A program made the translations under genes and the position numbers. Positions 62,613 to 64,000 of a DNA stretch of 64,000 bases are shown here, one piece after another (within the stretch, counting starts at the first letter, position 1; every line of letters begins with the position of its first letter). Under the pieces are notes generated by a model. The model was not told where the DNA came from, made no database searches, and saw nothing but the letters and a program-made list of their open reading frames with translations. Source of the DNA: the human T2T-CHM13v2.0 reference genome, Homo sapiens; the NCBI RefSeq assembly GCF_009914755.1, contig NC_060929.1; one strand, 5' to 3'.

Positions 62613-62667
62613 CTGGGACCACACCGTTGGTAGCGATCGCACTCATGGAAATGGCGGTCAGCATTGT
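62613..62667 (-). CDS. SLC12A7: SLC12A7 exon 5 (TMLTAISMSAIATNGVVP)
   Basis: tttgcag|ACA...CCAG|gtaagg, 55 bp. Confidence 0.97.
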
Positions 62668-63147
62668 CTGCAAAAAGACAGGCAGCCATCTGAGGAGAGT
62701 TTTCCAACAGCCTGCCGGCATCGCAACACTCCCAAGTCAGGGTCTATGACCCGGCTCCCGCCGAATGCCAGCCCCCAACTCCAGGGCTCTCCATCTCAAT
62801 GGAGTGGCTAGGAAACAGGACCTGGAGGCTCCCGGGCACCAGGCATGCGTGTCCTGGTTCCCACCCCTTCCCCTATGACAGCGACCCCTGAAAGTGCCCA
62901 AGGTCCTTCCAAACTGGAGGTGATGTCATCAAAACACAGGGTGTCCCTTCCCTTGGAAGCCTCAGCCCCCGGGTGCCGCCCCATGACACCCACCACTGGC
63001 TGAGATGCCTGTCCGCAGACACGGGTAAATGAGGTGCCAGCACGCCAGTCAACACGCCAGCACTAACCCCGGACAGTGTGGCATCTCATCCCCGCAGCTG
63101 CCCGGCTCTCGTGGAGGAGACGGCGCTGAACGACGTCTACACGGGCG

Positions 63148-63266
63148 TCTGGGGAGGGCCCTACTGTCCGGCTGCCACCGCCCGAAGGCACAACCACAGC
63201 GGCCAGGGGAGACGGCATCTGGGGAGAGCCCTACTGTCCAGCTGCCACCGCCCGAAGGCACAGCCA
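63148..63266. repeat. ~70-bp tandem duplication near exon 4 donor
   Basis: TCTGGGGAG.GCCCTACTGTCC.GCTGCCACCGCCCGAAGGCACA twice. Confidence 0.85.
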
Positions 63267-63288
63267 CACCTGGCCGGGGGAGACTCAC

Positions 63289-63435
63289 ACATGTGCAGCA
63301 CATGGCCACGATGAGGAAGGACTCCAGGACACCAGCCACCCCCACGATCCACGTCAGGCGCAGGAAGAGGATGACGCCCAGGATGTTCTGCAGGCACGGC
63401 AGGTAGACGCCGATGAAGGTGCCCATGCGCGGAGC
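63289..63435 (-). CDS. SLC12A7: SLC12A7 exon 4 ([29 protein letters not shown]...MCCTC)
   Basis: cgcag|GCT...TGT|gtgagt, 147 bp; TM1 motif of KCCs. Confidence 0.98.
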
Positions 63436-64000
63436 CTGCGACAGAGCATAGCGTGTCCCAGGGGCTCGTACCCCACACCCAGAGGGAGCCCCCTCCCCAG
63501 GCTGCACTCAGGCCCTGGGCAGGCAAAGCGGCCGTGGGGGCAGGAGGGGGCAGGAGTCCTTCCCAGAACAGATGGAGGTTCAGAGAGAGGCCCAGGACAG
63601 GACCCCTGACCATCCCGGAATGAGGGCTTAGGGGAGGGGAGCAGAACCACATGGTTGGCAGAGAACCAAGATGCAGCTGCTCCGCTGTGCCTCCCCGACG
63701 GAGGGAAACCTGTTACACTGGAAAAGTTATGGAAAAAACAAGAGGGAGAACGAGAGGGCCCCCGGCTCCGTTCCCTGGATGGCTCAGGGCCTGAGATCTG
63801 ACACCCTGGGAGAGCCTGAGACTTCAGGAATGGAAGCAGAGCCAGCGGAGGGATGAGACGGCTGCTGCCCATAAAGCTAAAAAAAAAAAAAAAAAAAATC
63901 CACAGCTCAGCGTCGGCCCTGGGCAGAAACTGACACATCTTAACCGGGCACGGAGGTCACCACGAGATAACAGCAAAGGTTCAGATATCCACGTGGGGGC

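Overview
Human (or very close primate) genomic DNA, GC-rich and recognisable as the NKD2-SLC12A7 locus (distal 5p15.33 in human). The + strand carries the 3' part of NKD2 (coding exons 4-10, stop at 12529-12531, C-terminal poly-His) plus an alternative exon at 11678-11856. The - strand carries SLC12A7/KCC4 exons 4-24 (63435 down to the stop at 27594, poly(A) signal at 25634-25639), with MIR4635 in intron 20. The two genes converge across an ~8.8-kb GT-rich tandem array. Exon boundaries were read by hand from splice signals and checked for frame continuity; exon numbers assume the known gene structures. Most notable: (1) two U12-type (minor spliceosome) introns in SLC12A7, one of which keeps frame only if it ends in GG rather than AG; (2) a 15-nt in-frame microexon (EWGNL) with SRRM4-type UGC and RBFOX motifs; (3) a 119-bp, ~83%-identical inverted repeat pair placed almost symmetrically around the intergenic array; (4) the array reads as a TDP-43-motif polymer on one strand and a QKI/branch-point-motif polymer on the other; (5) several VNTRs that multiply transcription-factor motifs or a splice donor. 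No CRISPR or prokaryotic system is present. Most ORFs in the supplied track are artefacts of GC-richness and repeats.
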